NCBI GenBank assembly: GCA_033442325.1
Contig: JAWQFM010000008.1
Coordinates: 1,186,123-1,250,122 of the forward strand
DNA length: 64,000 nucleotides
Direction: 5' to 3'
DNA from: Salpingoeca rosetta
Lineage: Eukaryota > Protista > Choanoflagellata
The position numbers and the translations under genes are program-made. Positions 23,716 through 52,958 of the stretch are shown piece by piece; the first letter of the stretch is position 1, and every line of letters starts with the position of its first letter. Below the pieces are notes generated by a model that did not search any database, had not been told where the DNA came from, and worked only from the letters and a program-made list of their open reading frames with translations.

Positions 23716-24375
23716 GAAAACATCAAGAAGTACCAGGCCATCCTACGCGACCAGGGCGACTTCAAATTTGTGCCGATTGCGATCGAGGCCGGCTCGGGCG
23801 CCTGGGGCTCGAAGTTCCGGAAGTTCTTTAGCAGCGACCTTATGTCCACGACGGACCCACAAACACCACCACACGTGCGCACTTTTACCTCCATGCACAG
23901 CAGCACGTACTGGCGGCAAGTGTTGTCCATCGCGAGATGCAAGGCTGAGTGCTACGCGAACCTCCGGTGCATCGGCCAGATGCCTCACGACAAGCGGGGC
24001 AAAAACCAGCCGGGCTCGGTCCGGGCGGGAGACACACACACTCCCCGCCAGAGCACCCAGACGGTGCAGCGGGCGCGCGCTCAAGCCCAGCGCAACCACC
24101 AACAGGGCAAGCGCACCCGCAAGCGCAAGCGTCCGCAGACCACACCCCCCGGCCACAGCGGCCAGCGCAGCAATGACAGCAACAACGGCACTGCTGCCAC
24201 CGCCGCTGCCACCGCCACCACCGACAACGATGAGGGACAGCCACGCAGCGCCCCAGTGACCTCACGAAGCCCCGGTGGCCCGGCCGCAACAGAGCCCCCT
24301 GCAACTGTCTAAGCGACAGTCGCAGCACTACACATGAGCCTCGCACCGAGGCACTTGGTTTCTATCTATCTATCT
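23716..24375 (+). mobile_element. 5'-truncated non-LTR retrotransposon of the restriction-like endonuclease (RLE, CRE-like) type
   Basis: Frame reads IKKYQAILRDQGDFKFVPIAIEAGSGAWGSKFRKFF...YWRQVLSIAR, the K..KY / F.P.A.E..G.WG C-terminal RLE pattern. No ATG or upstream RT; stop at 24312, 3' hairpin at 24338-24352 and (TCTA)n tail at 24361-24375. Confidence 0.7.
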
Positions 24376-24553
24376 GTTGATTCACTTTTCTTTCTGTCTA
24401 TGAGGCGCGTGCTCTCACACACATTCACCCATACGCACCGCTGCCCTTTGTTTTGCCGCAATTGCCTTCCCCACCTTTGAGCGCCGGGAACAGTGTAAGA
24501 TTTCAGCGAGTTTTCCCCAATAAACCACAACTCGAAGAAAACACAGACAGATA

Positions 24554-24602
<49 letters not shown>

Positions 24603-24813
24603 GCAACGCAGAGGCAGGCACCCAAAGCAAAGCAAAGCAACGCAAAGAAGGAAAGAGAAGCAGGCACTCAAAGCAAATACACAACAGCACACACAACAGC
24701 ATAACACAACAAGTCATCATCCCCCCCCCACCACCACCACCACCATGACTCTCACCACCGATTCCACCGCCCCTCATCACCACCATCTTCACTCCCATCC
24801 TCCTTCATCTCCG

Positions 24814-27207
24814 TCACATGTCAAAGTCAAGTGCCCGTGTGGGGTCATCTGGGCAGTAAAACGAGGCACGCCGATAGCCACCACCAGCAGCAGCCGTCGT
24901 GCCGTTGTACTGCTGATGCGCTGTTGGCTGTTGCTGCTGTTGCTGTTGGTAGTGCGAGTGGCGGCGGGAAGGGGACGCGGCGATGGAGGAGGCCGCTGTC
25001 ACGTTGTCAAAGCCAAGCGCAGTCCACGAGAGCTGGTCACCATCGCCCTGGCTCACGCGCCGCGGCGTTGAGCTGGAGAGCGTGCTGGTGCCATACGCAG
25101 CCCCGCCAGACACCCGCCGGTTGCTTGCTGCGGGCGCACGCGAGACGTGCTGCTGCGCGTGCTGTGCGCTGGCATGCGTTGGCACGTGTGCCTGGGGGCG
25201 CTGCCGCCGCGTGGGCGTGAGGTAGTTTCGACGCGCGCCCGCGCTCAGCACGACGGAGGGCGCCTCGTATGGGGGAGCACGTTGCTGGTGGTTGGAGGGC
25301 GCCGATGCCCACGAGTAACCGGCACTGCTTGCGCTCGTGAAGCTGTCGTTGCGGCCCCGACCAGAGGTGAGGGAAGGGTCATTGTAGTCGTCGTAGCCCT
25401 GCTGGTGGTGGTTTTGCTGGTGCTCGTGTTGCTGGTAGGTGGAGGAAGTGGCGGTGCTGGAGACGACAGATGAGCCGGACACAACGCTGGATGCACCGTC
25501 GTCCTCCTCGACGTCATCAGCAGCGGGGTCGACAATGCGGAGATAGCACGGGCGCGCGCGCATCATGGCGTGCAGGCGGTCCTTCTCCTTGCTGAGCTCG
25601 ATGATGCGGACACGCATCTGCGCCATGGTGCCAAAGTCCGGGTCAACCATCTGCACCCTGCTGTCCACAATTGAGCTTGTGAGCGCGGTGGGCGTGATGC
25701 TGCCGCTGCGGCTGTGGCCACTCTTGCTTCCCGGTCGCAGGTGCAGGTTGCCTCCGTGGCCACTGGCGAAGTCTGTGTGCCGCCAGCTGCGCAGCTGCGC
25801 CTGGGACTTTGCCAGCTCGCTGTGGAGGCGGATGATCTCGTCCTCAAGCTCACGCTCACGCTCGCTGTCGTGGCGACCTGGCGCTTCTGCGGATGCGGGG
25901 TCGCCCACAATGGCGTGCCTGAGCGCATCGCCCCCGGCCTGCGCCAGCGTCTGCAGGAGCTCTGCGGCCGTTTCTCTGTTGTGGTGATGCTTTTGATCAT
26001 GATGGTGATGATGGTGATGATGCTGGTGATGGTGACCTGAGTGCTTGGGCTCAAGCGCACGCTCATCGCCACGTTGCAGTAGTTGTTCCTGCTCGGCTTC
26101 ATCGCCATCATCACTGCTGTCGTTGTCGCTGTCATCGTTGTCGTTATCGTCATCGTCAAAGTCGACTTGGGCCTGGAATGCAGCCACGGTGTGCGTTTCT
26201 TGACCTTCTGCTGGAAAGTAGGGCGTTGGCGTGGAAGATGATGGCTGGAACCGCACGTCGTCCAGCATGGCCGTGAGGCGGGCAATGGTCGCTGCATCGT
26301 CCCGTGCGCGCTGGTGCTGCCGGTCGAGCTCCATTTCCAAGTGCGCGATGCGTTTGCCTTGGTGACGCTGGAGCTCGGCGTGCTCGCGGGACGGCGCTGC
26401 ATCTTGCGCGTTCAGGTCAGGCGCGCCAGCATCGGGGGTGGCAGCAGCGAGCTGGGCGCGCAGCTGCTGAATGGTGGCGGCCTGCTCGGCGAGTTGCTCG
26501 CGGAGACGCAGCGCAGTCCGCGAGTCTGCACGGAGCGGCTGCACCTGGGATTGCAGGGTGCCCAGCCGCTGCTCCAGGTTGAGGATGCGCGCGTCCCGCG
26601 CGTCCAGTTGGGCCTCGTACACGCGCACGCGCTCGTGCAGATGCGCGCGCAGCTCCTGGGCTTCGCGAACCTTGGCCATGAGCGCCGATCGCAGGTCGTC
26701 CGGCGACGCCGTGGCAATGAAGCTCTTTGAGTCCACATTCGGCAGGGCTGTGGATGCAGGCACAGCTGACGCTGCTGTTCTTTTGGTGGTGGTGTTGGTG
26801 TTGGTTGGCTGTGCGTCTCCAGCACGCGGAGGTGGGGCGCCGTCATGGCCCTCCGGTTGTTCTTGCTGTGTTGGTTCGTGGAACTCTGTCCATGCCACCT
26901 CGTGTCGGGATTGCTGGGGGTGACCACGTTGTTGTTCTGTGTCGGTTGGGCCGAGCGGGTGGTGCAGCTGTGGGGGAAGGGCACCAGCGTCGTCGGCGTT
27001 AGCGTTGCGTGCATGGGCGCGGTGGCTCGTTGCTGTTGTTGTTGAGGATGCGGTGCTCGTGTGGCCAGCAGGGACCACCTCCAGCTCCCAGTCTGTGCTC
27101 ACGGATTGGTGGTGGTGCAGCAGCAGCTGTGGCTGTGGACCATCCACAGTAGTGGTCTTGTGGCGCGCACCGCCGACTCTGTCCTTCCGCTTCACCAAGT
27201 CAGCCAT
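24814..27207 (-). CDS. Hypothetical intronless coiled-coil protein (about 797 aa)
   Basis: Long ORF from ATG 27207 (MADLVKRK); heptad-rich segments (LRSALMAKVREAQELRAHL...LEQRLGTLQSQV; LEDEIIRLHSELAKSQAQL) among low-complexity regions. Confidence 0.8.
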   Translation of the reverse strand: MADLVKRKDRVGGARHKTTTVDGPQPQLLLHHHQSVSTDWELEVVPAGHTSTASSTTTATSHRAHARNANADDAGALPPQLHHPLGPTDTEQQRGHPQQSRHEVAWTEFHEPTQQEQPEGHDGAPPPRAGDAQPTNTNTTTKRTAASAVPASTALPNVDSKSFIATASPDDLRSALMAKVREAQELRAHLHERVRVYEAQLDARDARILNLEQRLGTLQSQVQPLRADSRTALRLREQLAEQAATIQQLRAQLAAATPDAGAPDLNAQDAAPSREHAELQRHQGKRIAHLEMELDRQHQRARDDAATIARLTAMLDDVRFQPSSSTPTPYFPAEGQETHTVAAFQAQVDFDDDDNDNDDSDNDSSDDGDEAEQEQLLQRGDERALEPKHSGHHHQHHHHHHHHDQKHHHNRETAAELLQTLAQAGGDALRHAIVGDPASAEAPGRHDSERERELEDEIIRLHSELAKSQAQLRSWRHTDFASGHGGNLHLRPGSKSGHSRSGSITPTALTSSIVDSRVQMVDPDFGTMAQMRVRIIELSKEKDRLHAMMRARPCYLRIVDPAADDVEEDDGASSVVSGSSVVSSTATSSTYQQHEHQQNHHQQGYDDYNDPSLTSGRGRNDSFTSASSAGYSWASAPSNHQQRAPPYEAPSVVLSAGARRNYLTPTRRQRPQAHVPTHASAQHAQQHVSRAPAASNRRVSGGAAYGTSTLSSSTPRRVSQGDGDQLSWTALGFDNVTAASSIAASPSRRHSHYQQQQQQQPTAHQQYNGTTAAAGGGYRRASFYCPDDPTRALDFDM

Positions 27208-27483
27208 CTTCGCGTTTGTGTGTTGGGTGCGTGCAATGTGTGTGTGTGTGTGTAGGGGTGTGAGTGTCTGTATCCTCCCTTCTCGGACTCCTCGCTTGCT
27301 CGCTTGGCTTGCTTGCTTCGTATCCTTTGCTTTGCTTTGCTTTTGCTCCGTGCTTTTGCTGCTGCTGTTGCTTGTTTGCCTGCAGGCAAGTGCAATAGGC
27401 AAGCGCGCTCTACACCATGTGCAGGGCAACAAGCGGCGTTGCGCAGTGACCGAACAAATTGGTTGACACTGATTCCAGTCTAG

Positions 27484-27498
27484 CTGAATTCAGTCGCA
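27484..27498. promoter_or_regulatory. CTGAATTCAGTCGCA motif about 280 bp upstream of the coiled-coil gene
   Basis: 15/15 identical to 6676-6690; an ATTGG (reverse CCAAT) lies just 5'. Confidence 0.5.
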
Positions 27499-27677
27499 TA
27501 GGATGCCAAGGGCGAAGAAGACACGAGCAAAGCAAGCAAGAAGCAAAGCACACCAAAGCAAAGCAAGCAAGCAAGCAAGAAGCCTTCCATCCCCATCCTT
27601 AAATCTGCGCTCTTTTCATTTGACCCCCCCCCCATCACAGCAAACACACGCTCTCTCTCTCTCTCTCTCCCCCCATC

Positions 27678-28454
27678 TCATCGACGCTTTTTGGAAGAAG
27701 CGGAGAGGTAGCGCGGAAGATGACGACACCAGGACGAGAACCAGACAATGTGCATGAGGGTGGCGGCAACCACAGCCACGCACGAGGCAAGCATCGCAGG
27801 GTGGTCTTGGTACGCCAACGTGCGGCGTAGCCCCAGGTAGAAGGACACCAGGTACACCGTGTACCAGACGTGGAACAGGATGCGGGTGGTGAAGAAGGTG
27901 AAGCCAAACAGCAGGTCCTGCCGAAGCGCAGGGAACATGTTGCCCAAGCCCAGCAGCGCCGTCGGAATCTCCTCGAGAAACGGCGGCATGAGAGCGCCCG
28001 TCGCATTGTGCTCCAGCAGCGTCCACACCAGCAGCAGGTACAGCACGTGGTGCAGCCATCCTGACAGCCAGTCGACGTACTTGCGGTAGAACAGAACCCC
28101 CAACACAAGATCAACAACCAGGAACACGCCGAAGAACGTCACGGAGAGCCGGGAGACGCGGTCGTCGCCCCACACGGTGTCCGCTGCACCGTCGGGGTCA
28201 CGCAGCACCTGCAGGGCGTAGCCTGCGCCAAGGGATGACTGCACGACAGCAGCCACCGTTGCCAGAAACCAGGAGAGGCCCCGCGCTGTCTTGCTGGGCG
28301 TTGCGTGTCTGTAGTAGGCCTTGAAGCCAAAGAACAACACCAACAACAATGCCGCACTCACACAGGTGTCCTGCAGGAACCACTCGCGGTGCTCGGGCTC
28401 CATGTGCAGTGCGCCAAACAGCACCGGCACCCGCCGAAGCCGTGTCGGTGGCAT
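27678..28454 (-). CDS. TLC (TRAM/LAG1/CLN8)-domain membrane protein, intronless; ATG 28454 or 28403
   Basis: Multiple hydrophobic segments with DLVLGVLFYRKYVDWLSGWLHHVLY, FLEEIPTALL and FGFTFFTTRILFH (TLC D, HH, E-x-x-T and F-x-x-R motifs). Confidence 0.82.
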   Translation of the reverse strand: MPPTRLRRVPVLFGALHMEPEHREWFLQDTCVSAALLLVLFFGFKAYYRHATPSKTARGLSWFLATVAAVVQSSLGAGYALQVLRDPDGAADTVWGDDRVSRLSVTFFGVFLVVDLVLGVLFYRKYVDWLSGWLHHVLYLLLVWTLLEHNATGALMPPFLEEIPTALLGLGNMFPALRQDLLFGFTFFTTRILFHVWYTVYLVSFYLGLRRTLAYQDHPAMLASCVAVVAATLMHIVWFSSWCRHLPRYLSASSKKRR

Positions 28455-28586
28455 GCCTGGGATGGGAGTTGAGAGAGACTGAGAGAGCTGCGCCAGTCGG
28501 CAGCTGTTGTCGTTTTCTTGTGTTGAAAGGGAGGACAAAGTTTTGTGCGGTTGCGGAAAATTGTACGGAGTCATTAACAAACAACG

Positions 28587-33971
<5,385 letters not shown>

Positions 33972-34541
33972 TGTGGAGAGGGTGGAGAGAGGATGAATGG
34001 AGTTGAGAAGGGTGTGTTTGCTTCGTTGTGTGTGGTTGCTCATAGTTGACGCGTGTATGCGAGATGCGTTTCTGCACGTTGTTGCTGTGCATTCGAGTAG
34101 TATTATACATTGCATTACAACTTTGAGTCGACTCTTGTTTTTGTTCTGTTGTTCTTCTGTCTGTCCCCAGGTTACAGCTACACAGTGTGCGTTCATGCAC
34201 ACCGTCAATGAAGTGCCGAATGACTGAACGCATGAAGTCCGTGTGAACCATTTGGTGAGCAAGCGCACCATCGTGTATTGGGTTGGCGGAACGTAACATT
34301 GCATACTCAGGGGCACAGAAGCAAGTGGCACGTCAGGCAAGCTGAGCAACGCAATAACACACGCGTGCAGGCCGTTGCAGACGAAGAAAGAGTGCGTGTG
34401 GTGACAGCGGAGAAGGAACAGTCGGGCTGGCGCGACATGACACGGTAACAACAACCATGCCAGCACATGTTTGGATGCATGCTTGCAGGCAAGTTGGGAA
34501 GAGAACACGACACGCGGGGCAGCAGCACTGGCAGCGGCGCG

Positions 34542-36313
<1,772 letters not shown>

Positions 36314-36666
36314 CGTCAGTCAGTCGGTCGGTGATGTGATGTGGAGGTTGATCGGTTGTGAAATGGGTCGTGGTCTTACTCGCGCGCACTGCCAGCCAGA
36401 ATTTCTGGTCTGCCTCACTTACTTCTTCTTGCTTGAAGGATGACTGCTGATGACGAACAGAATGCCACGATATGGCAGGCTGATGGCAGCTTGACCTTTG
36501 TATGTAACATCATGGCAACACGCCGAGGCTATCCAACAACTCTGTCGTACGCACAGACACATACAGAGACAGACACACAGACACACGGACACAGACCCAC
36601 AGACAGACACACGGACAGACATACTCACACGGACACAGAGGCAAACATAAACACAGTCGCGTAAAC

Positions 36667-36722
<56 letters not shown>

Positions 36723-36725
36723 AGA

Positions 36726-36759
<34 letters not shown>

Positions 36760-36764
36760 TCTGG

Positions 36765-38015
36765 TCAGCAGCCTGGGTCGATGATGAGGACGCTTTGGTC
36801 GTTGTGCGGGATGGCGTAGATGAGGCCGTTGGCAGCAAGGACGCCGCCAAACCACTTCTCCGAGCTGCCTTGCCATGCGGGGTTGGAAGACGCGTGCACA
36901 AGTGCGTTCTCCTCCGTGTCGATGACGAGCACAGCGTCCCCGCCAAAGGGGACGCCAATCACGCGGCCCACCGGCGAGTACACGGCGCTGGCCCAGTTGA
37001 AGTTGCCGGCCAGGGCCAGGCCGCCCAGCGTGGTTGTGTCGGCGGTGTTGGTCGCCGGGTCGAGGATGAGCACGCTGCTTGCGTCTCTGTACGGGATCCC
37101 GAAGATGCGGCCGCTGTGGGCGTCAACCGCATACCCGAGCCACTCGCTCGGCCCGTCCAGCTCGGGAGGCGTGAGCAGGGACGCCGTGTCAGCGGAGGGG
37201 TCGATGACAAGCACAGAGTTGTTGCTCCACGGCAGGCAGTAGATGAGACCCGTCTCGGTGACGGCGCCGCCAAACCACTTACAGCAATCCTGGCCCAGCC
37301 CGGAGATGGTGGTCGTGTCTGTGCTGTTGGTTGCGGGGTCGATGATGAGGACGGCGTCTGCGTCGCGCGGGCACGCGTAGATGCGGCCGTTGTCCGCCAC
37401 GACGCCGCTGCGCCACCGGTGGCTGCCGGCGGGCAGGGTGTTGGAGAGCGTGGTGGTGTCTGCGGTGTTGGTTGCTGGGTTGATGATGAGGACGGATGCT
37501 GCGTTGTTTGGAAAGGCGAAGATGAGCCCTTCTTCGCCGGCCACGACGCCGCCGGCCCACTTGGCCTCGGCACTGCCCAGGCCCGTGATGGCTGTGGCGT
37601 TGGCGGTGTTGGTGGCCGGGTCGATGACAAGCACGGAGGACGCGGAGTGCGGGATGCCGTAGATGAGGCCGTTTCGCGCAAGCACGCCGCCAGCCCACTT
37701 GTACAAGCCAGTGCCAAGCGTGGTGATGGTGGTGGAGTCAAACGTCGGTGGGTGTCGTCGGCACTGCGTGGCCCTGAGCTGCCTGCGTTGCTGCTGTAGG
37801 ACAGCGAGTGTGCTTGCTTGCTGATCCAGGATGCTCTGCTGGCGGCGTAAGGCTGCGGCCACGTCCAACCCGTTGAGGTACACGGGCTGCAGGAGCGGGT
37901 CAGTGGTGTTGATGTGCAGCGCACCAATATCGTCCTCCATCACCACCACATCTCCCCAACACGCCCCCACGACGGCGATGGCCAACAACACACCCACCAA
38001 CGGCAGCGCAGCCAT
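36765..38015 (-). CDS. Secreted, intronless protein: signal peptide, short coiled coil and seven repeats of about 46 aa (predicted beta-propeller)
   Basis: MAALPLVGVLLAIAVVGACWG signal; seven repeats of KW.GGV.A.NG.IY..P....SVL.IDPATNT. Confidence 0.88.
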   Translation of the reverse strand: MAALPLVGVLLAIAVVGACWGDVVVMEDDIGALHINTTDPLLQPVYLNGLDVAAALRRQQSILDQQASTLAVLQQQRRQLRATQCRRHPPTFDSTTITTLGTGLYKWAGGVLARNGLIYGIPHSASSVLVIDPATNTANATAITGLGSAEAKWAGGVVAGEEGLIFAFPNNAASVLIINPATNTADTTTLSNTLPAGSHRWRSGVVADNGRIYACPRDADAVLIIDPATNSTDTTTISGLGQDCCKWFGGAVTETGLIYCLPWSNNSVLVIDPSADTASLLTPPELDGPSEWLGYAVDAHSGRIFGIPYRDASSVLILDPATNTADTTTLGGLALAGNFNWASAVYSPVGRVIGVPFGGDAVLVIDTEENALVHASSNPAWQGSSEKWFGGVLAANGLIYAIPHNDQSVLIIDPGC

Positions 38016-38360
38016 GCCCAGCAAAGGTCGGCTGATGAATTGAGCAGGCGAGGAGGCGGGGACGCGAGGAGAGGGATCAGTCTATCAGTTGGGGGGGGGG
38101 GAGGAGCAAGTTGTTGTCATCACATCACACATCACACTGCCACCACTGTTCGTCTGCTTCGTTCATTGTCATCAACAACAACAACCCCAATAAACCACAA
38201 CAACACACACAACGAAAATAAAACAGCGCAAAGCAACCACCACACAACGCACGACCTGCTACGCATTCCTCTCCCATCTTTGTACACCTCCACCGCCCCA
38301 ACACACACACCGACACACGCGCGCGCACACACACACGCAGACGAGAGGGCTGCTGTAGCC

Positions 38361-39442
38361 ATGCCGTCCGTACAAGACCGGTCCAATGAGTTCTTCCACA
38401 CCGTGCGCAGCGTACAACAGCAGCGGGTATGACGCTGATGCGTTCCGTCTTCTCCCTGTGTCCATGTTTGCTTTCAGGTTGCCTGAGGGCTGCTGCAACC
38501 TGCTGCTGCAGGCTTGCAAACTCAAACACACACGTGCTCACACACTTCCAACATGCACACACACACACACATGTGCACACACATGTACACCAACTAGGGC
38601 ATGCTTGCCTCTGCTGCGACGAACCTTGCGCCAGTTGCCGTGGAGAAGACACGTCCCTTCGCCGTTGCATTGTGCGTCTCCATGACACACCCCAAGAATG
38701 CGATGCCATCGTGTCTTGACATGGCTTGAATGTATTCAGTGTACGCTTGGCTGGCGCTCACGAGCCCATCTCCTCCCTCAACCGTGCAGGAAGATTGCAA
38801 AGACGATTGAGGACACCAATGCACAGATTGAGCGACTCAAGATGCGTACGTGACCGTGTCATCGCCGGCGTTCGGCTTTATGTCTTCTTGTCCACCCTTT
38901 CCATCCTTTCCTTGCCTCGTCTCTCCTCTCTCTTCTTCACATGCACATATGTGCGTGCACTCATGTGCATGTGTCCACTCACACAACACAACACGCCACG
39001 CACACATGCATGCACACTCACACTCTCTGCCACTCACTCACACTCACTCTTTGTGTCTCTCAATGCAGTCACGAGGAGTGGGCCTTTCAGTGACAACCCA
39101 AGAGAAGTGGAGAAGCTCACAGACATCATCAAGGAGGACACGTCAAAGCTCAACAGGTGCGGCCGTGCCCTATGTATGCGTGTGTGCGTGCGTCCCTGTG
39201 CGTGCGTGCGCGCGCGTGTGCGTGTGCGTGCGTGTGCATGTGTGTGCGTGTGCGTGTGCAGTATCGAGTACGAAGGCACAATGCAACACATGCGCACACC
39301 TGCTTGCACATGCACAGCAGTGCCTGGCTCATATCATTGTCCGTGTTATGGTGCGGTGGTCATCAGGGCGATTGCAGATCTTGCCGACCACGTCAAGCGC
39401 AACGCAGGCTCATACAGCAACCACAGAAGAGTGAGTCAATGT

Positions 39443-39517
<75 letters not shown>

Positions 39518-40056
39518 CGTGTGTGTGCGGATGAGTGCGGATGAGTGTGTGAGCTGCATCGCGTGCTGGCATTGGTTGCATCACTGTATTGACCCGTTTC
39601 CACCCCAATTGCTCCCCCCCCCCTCTTTCAACGTCAACGTTCGTCTGTCCGTTTGCTGCAGAAACACTACAACGCCATGGTATTGACGCTCCAGGGCCGC
39701 CTTGCCACCAGCTCAAAGGCCTTTCAAGCCATCTTGGAGGTACGTGTATGAGCGTGCGTGTATGTGAGCGTTTATGTGAGCGTGTGTGTGTGCGTATGCG
39801 CAGAAGCAGCGGGAGGGGGGAACAGCAAGCCGTGTTGATGCTACACACTGGCGGCATATCCTTTGGTGTGTATGCCCTGGCTCGCTTCAATGGGAATGCT
39901 AATGCACGTGTAAATGCTCACGCGGTTAGGGGAGGACAAGCGCGTTGAAGGCGAAGCGGAAACGCATGCAGAAGTACACGGGCAGGGGCATCTCGGGCCC
40001 AACAGTTGGTGTGTTGCATGAACACGCTCCTCCTCTCGCTGCATTCGGCATAACCG

Positions 40057-40116
<60 letters not shown>

Positions 40117-40145
40117 GCACAGACTCTTGCTCGTTTGGGCACACA

Positions 40146-40189
<44 letters not shown>

Positions 40190-40190
40190 T

Positions 40191-40224
<34 letters not shown>

Positions 40225-41210
40225 GCATGCAGGCACACACACACGCACAAGTAGTTCACGAGGTTACGTTGATTGCGTCACAACTGTTGCTTGCAGGCAT
40301 GGGAGCCCTCATGTCTGCGGTGGACTCGGCAGCGCAGCCGTCAACAAACGGGCGCACAGAGACCATCCTTGACATGTCGGACATGCAAATGCAGGAGTTC
40401 ATGGAAGCACAAGAGGTGTGTGTGTGTGTGTTTTGAACACCACATGCTTGTGTGAACACGCCATCCCTGTCACAAGTGTGCGTGCGTGTGCGTGTGTATG
40501 TTCTGTCCATTCTGTGTGTGTGTGTGTGTGTGTGTGTACTGCGCCTTTTCTTTTGTTTTGTGTCACCCCTCTGTCCCTGCCCACAATCACACGCGCACTC
40601 TTCCCCTCATGCCCCCCCCCACACAATCATACACACGCGCACGCACACGTTGCAGGACACGTATGTGTCGCAGCGTGCTGAGGCTGTGCAGACGATTGAG
40701 TCGACGATCCAGGAGCTGGGCAAGATCTTCTCGCAGATGGCCGAGATGATCCAGATGCAGGGCGAAAAACTCGAGCGCATCGACGCCAACGTCGAGGACG
40801 TGGTGCGTTGCTCCTGCACCAAACCAACCTGTGTCATCTGTGTGTGCTAGTGTGTGTTTGCGCGTGAGTGTGAGTGTGTGTTTGTGTGTATGTGTGTGCG
40901 CGTGTGTGAAAGTGTGTGTGTGTGTTTGCGCATGTGTGCATGTGTCCATTATTGTGTGCATGTACTTGTGTGCCCCATCTGCACGTGTTGCGCCTTTTTA
41001 CGTCCAAATCTCACATGCACAAACATCACTGTCTCATTCTAATGTCCTTCCTGTCTTGGCTGTCATTTCTGTTAGAGCATGAACGTGGATGCGGCACACA
41101 GCGAGTTGATGAAGTACTATCAGAGCGTGTCCTCGAACCGAGGCTTGATGCTCAAGATCTTTGGTGTCCTCGTCACCTTCTTTGTCCTGTTCATTGTGTT
41201 CCTTGCTTGA
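38361..41210 (+). CDS. STX5: Syntaxin-5 (Qa-SNARE), about 10 exons
   Basis: N-peptide [11 protein letters not shown]; [19 protein letters not shown]; SNARE motif [42 protein letters not shown]; [28 protein letters not shown] tail anchor. Confidence 0.95.
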
Positions 41211-41375
41211 TCTGGCATGCATTTGGGAGTCTGTCACCACCAACTGTCCACCAAGAGCCATAGTACGCCACCACCGCCACGACCGAGTACAACAACAGAA
41301 GTTGTAACAGCAGAGCAAATGCACAGAGGGAGAGACAGAGAAGACAGAGAAGACGCCGGCACAGACAGACAGACA

Positions 41376-41446
<71 letters not shown>

Positions 41447-41546
41447 NNNNNNNNNNNNNNNNNNNNNNNNNNNNNNNNNNNNNNNNNNNNNNNNNNNNNN
41501 NNNNNNNNNNNNNNNNNNNNNNNNNNNNNNNNNNNNNNNNNNNNNN
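41447..41546. other. Assembly gap (N) within (CA)n
   Basis: N run. Confidence 1.
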
Positions 41547-41594
<48 letters not shown>

Positions 41595-42143
41595 CACACG
41601 AAAGTACACCCCACGCCTTGTTTTGCGTCATCATTGTAGATGATTCAGCCAAAATTTCGTCGAAATTTCTGCATGAAAAACTGACAACGACTGCCGTTGC
41701 TGCTGTTGTTGGTTTTTGTGCGCTGCCAACCAAATCCACCACCACCACCACCAGCCCTCCTTCCTCGCTCGCTTCCATCACAGGTACGCACGTATGCACA
41801 TACGCGACACTGGGCGTGCCTGCCTACTTGCGCTTTGGTTGGGGCGGGCCTGATCTTGCCTTGCTGCGTTCACGCTCTCCGACGGGTCTTTCTCTTTTGG
41901 GAGTGAGGGGGGGAATTAATTAATTCATGGAAGCAAGGATCAGCAGGTGCTCTGACGTTCCATTTCTTTTCGCGTGGCTCACCTCCGCTGGCGATTGCTT
42001 GTTGCCTCGTGTGCTGTGTTGTTGTTGTTGTTGTGGATCCCATCGGTACAATAGTGGTTGTGTTCAGTGGCAGCGTGCGTGGCTTGTGGAACGTCTTTGT
42101 GCTGCTAGGCTCACCTCGCAGCTGAACCCCACACTGCAGCACC

Positions 42144-52159
<10,016 letters not shown>

Positions 52160-52239
52160 TTGCGGGATTGTGTCTTGCCCCCTTGTCCCCCCCCCCCTGC
52201 ACATGCTTGTCGTTAGTCAGATAACCTCAACACCAGCAT

Positions 52240-52337
<98 letters not shown>

Positions 52338-52958
52338 CCACGCGCGCCAATGTCGATGACGCTCCAATGCTGTTTTGATTGTACTTTGATGGAGAGCGCT
52401 CGCTGTATGTTGAATTCCCCCTCCTATTTCCTCTGTTGCCGTGATGTGCCACACGACCCACGCTTTCCTGAGGTTGTCACATCATCGTTGTGTTACCACT
52501 GCCTTTGGCCATCACTCAACATGATGCTTGCCTCCTTTCGTTTGCTTTTCGTAGCTTTTCTTTTCGTTGGGTGCGTGCGTGTCTCGCTACCCCTTTTTGA
52601 ACCTTGCATGCTCGTCTGCCATTTGTTGTGCTGCTGTCGGCAGCGTTGGGATGTCACAACCATAGAAGACGACCTGATTCTCAATGGTGTGGTGGCTGTG
52701 CTACTGACGACCAGTCGATATTTGTGATGTGACATGATGTACCTCTTTTTCACCACACACACACACACACACGAGCGGTTGATGATGAGCCGCACCCGCT
52801 CTCCCGCCAGCTCCCATCTCACATTTGTTGATGCTTCTTTCTTGTGAACCGTTATGGCTGTGTATTGATGAACGAGAGCGAGAGCATACACTGCCATCGC
52901 GCACAAAGGACCAGACAGCACCAAAAGACAAACACCACATTTCCCCCATCATGCACGC

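Noticed and set aside
23770-24312. Stand-alone host gene
   Set aside because: Starts at GTG within a conserved motif, with an in-frame stop at 23671 and no ATG between that stop and the motif; better explained as a truncated retroelement
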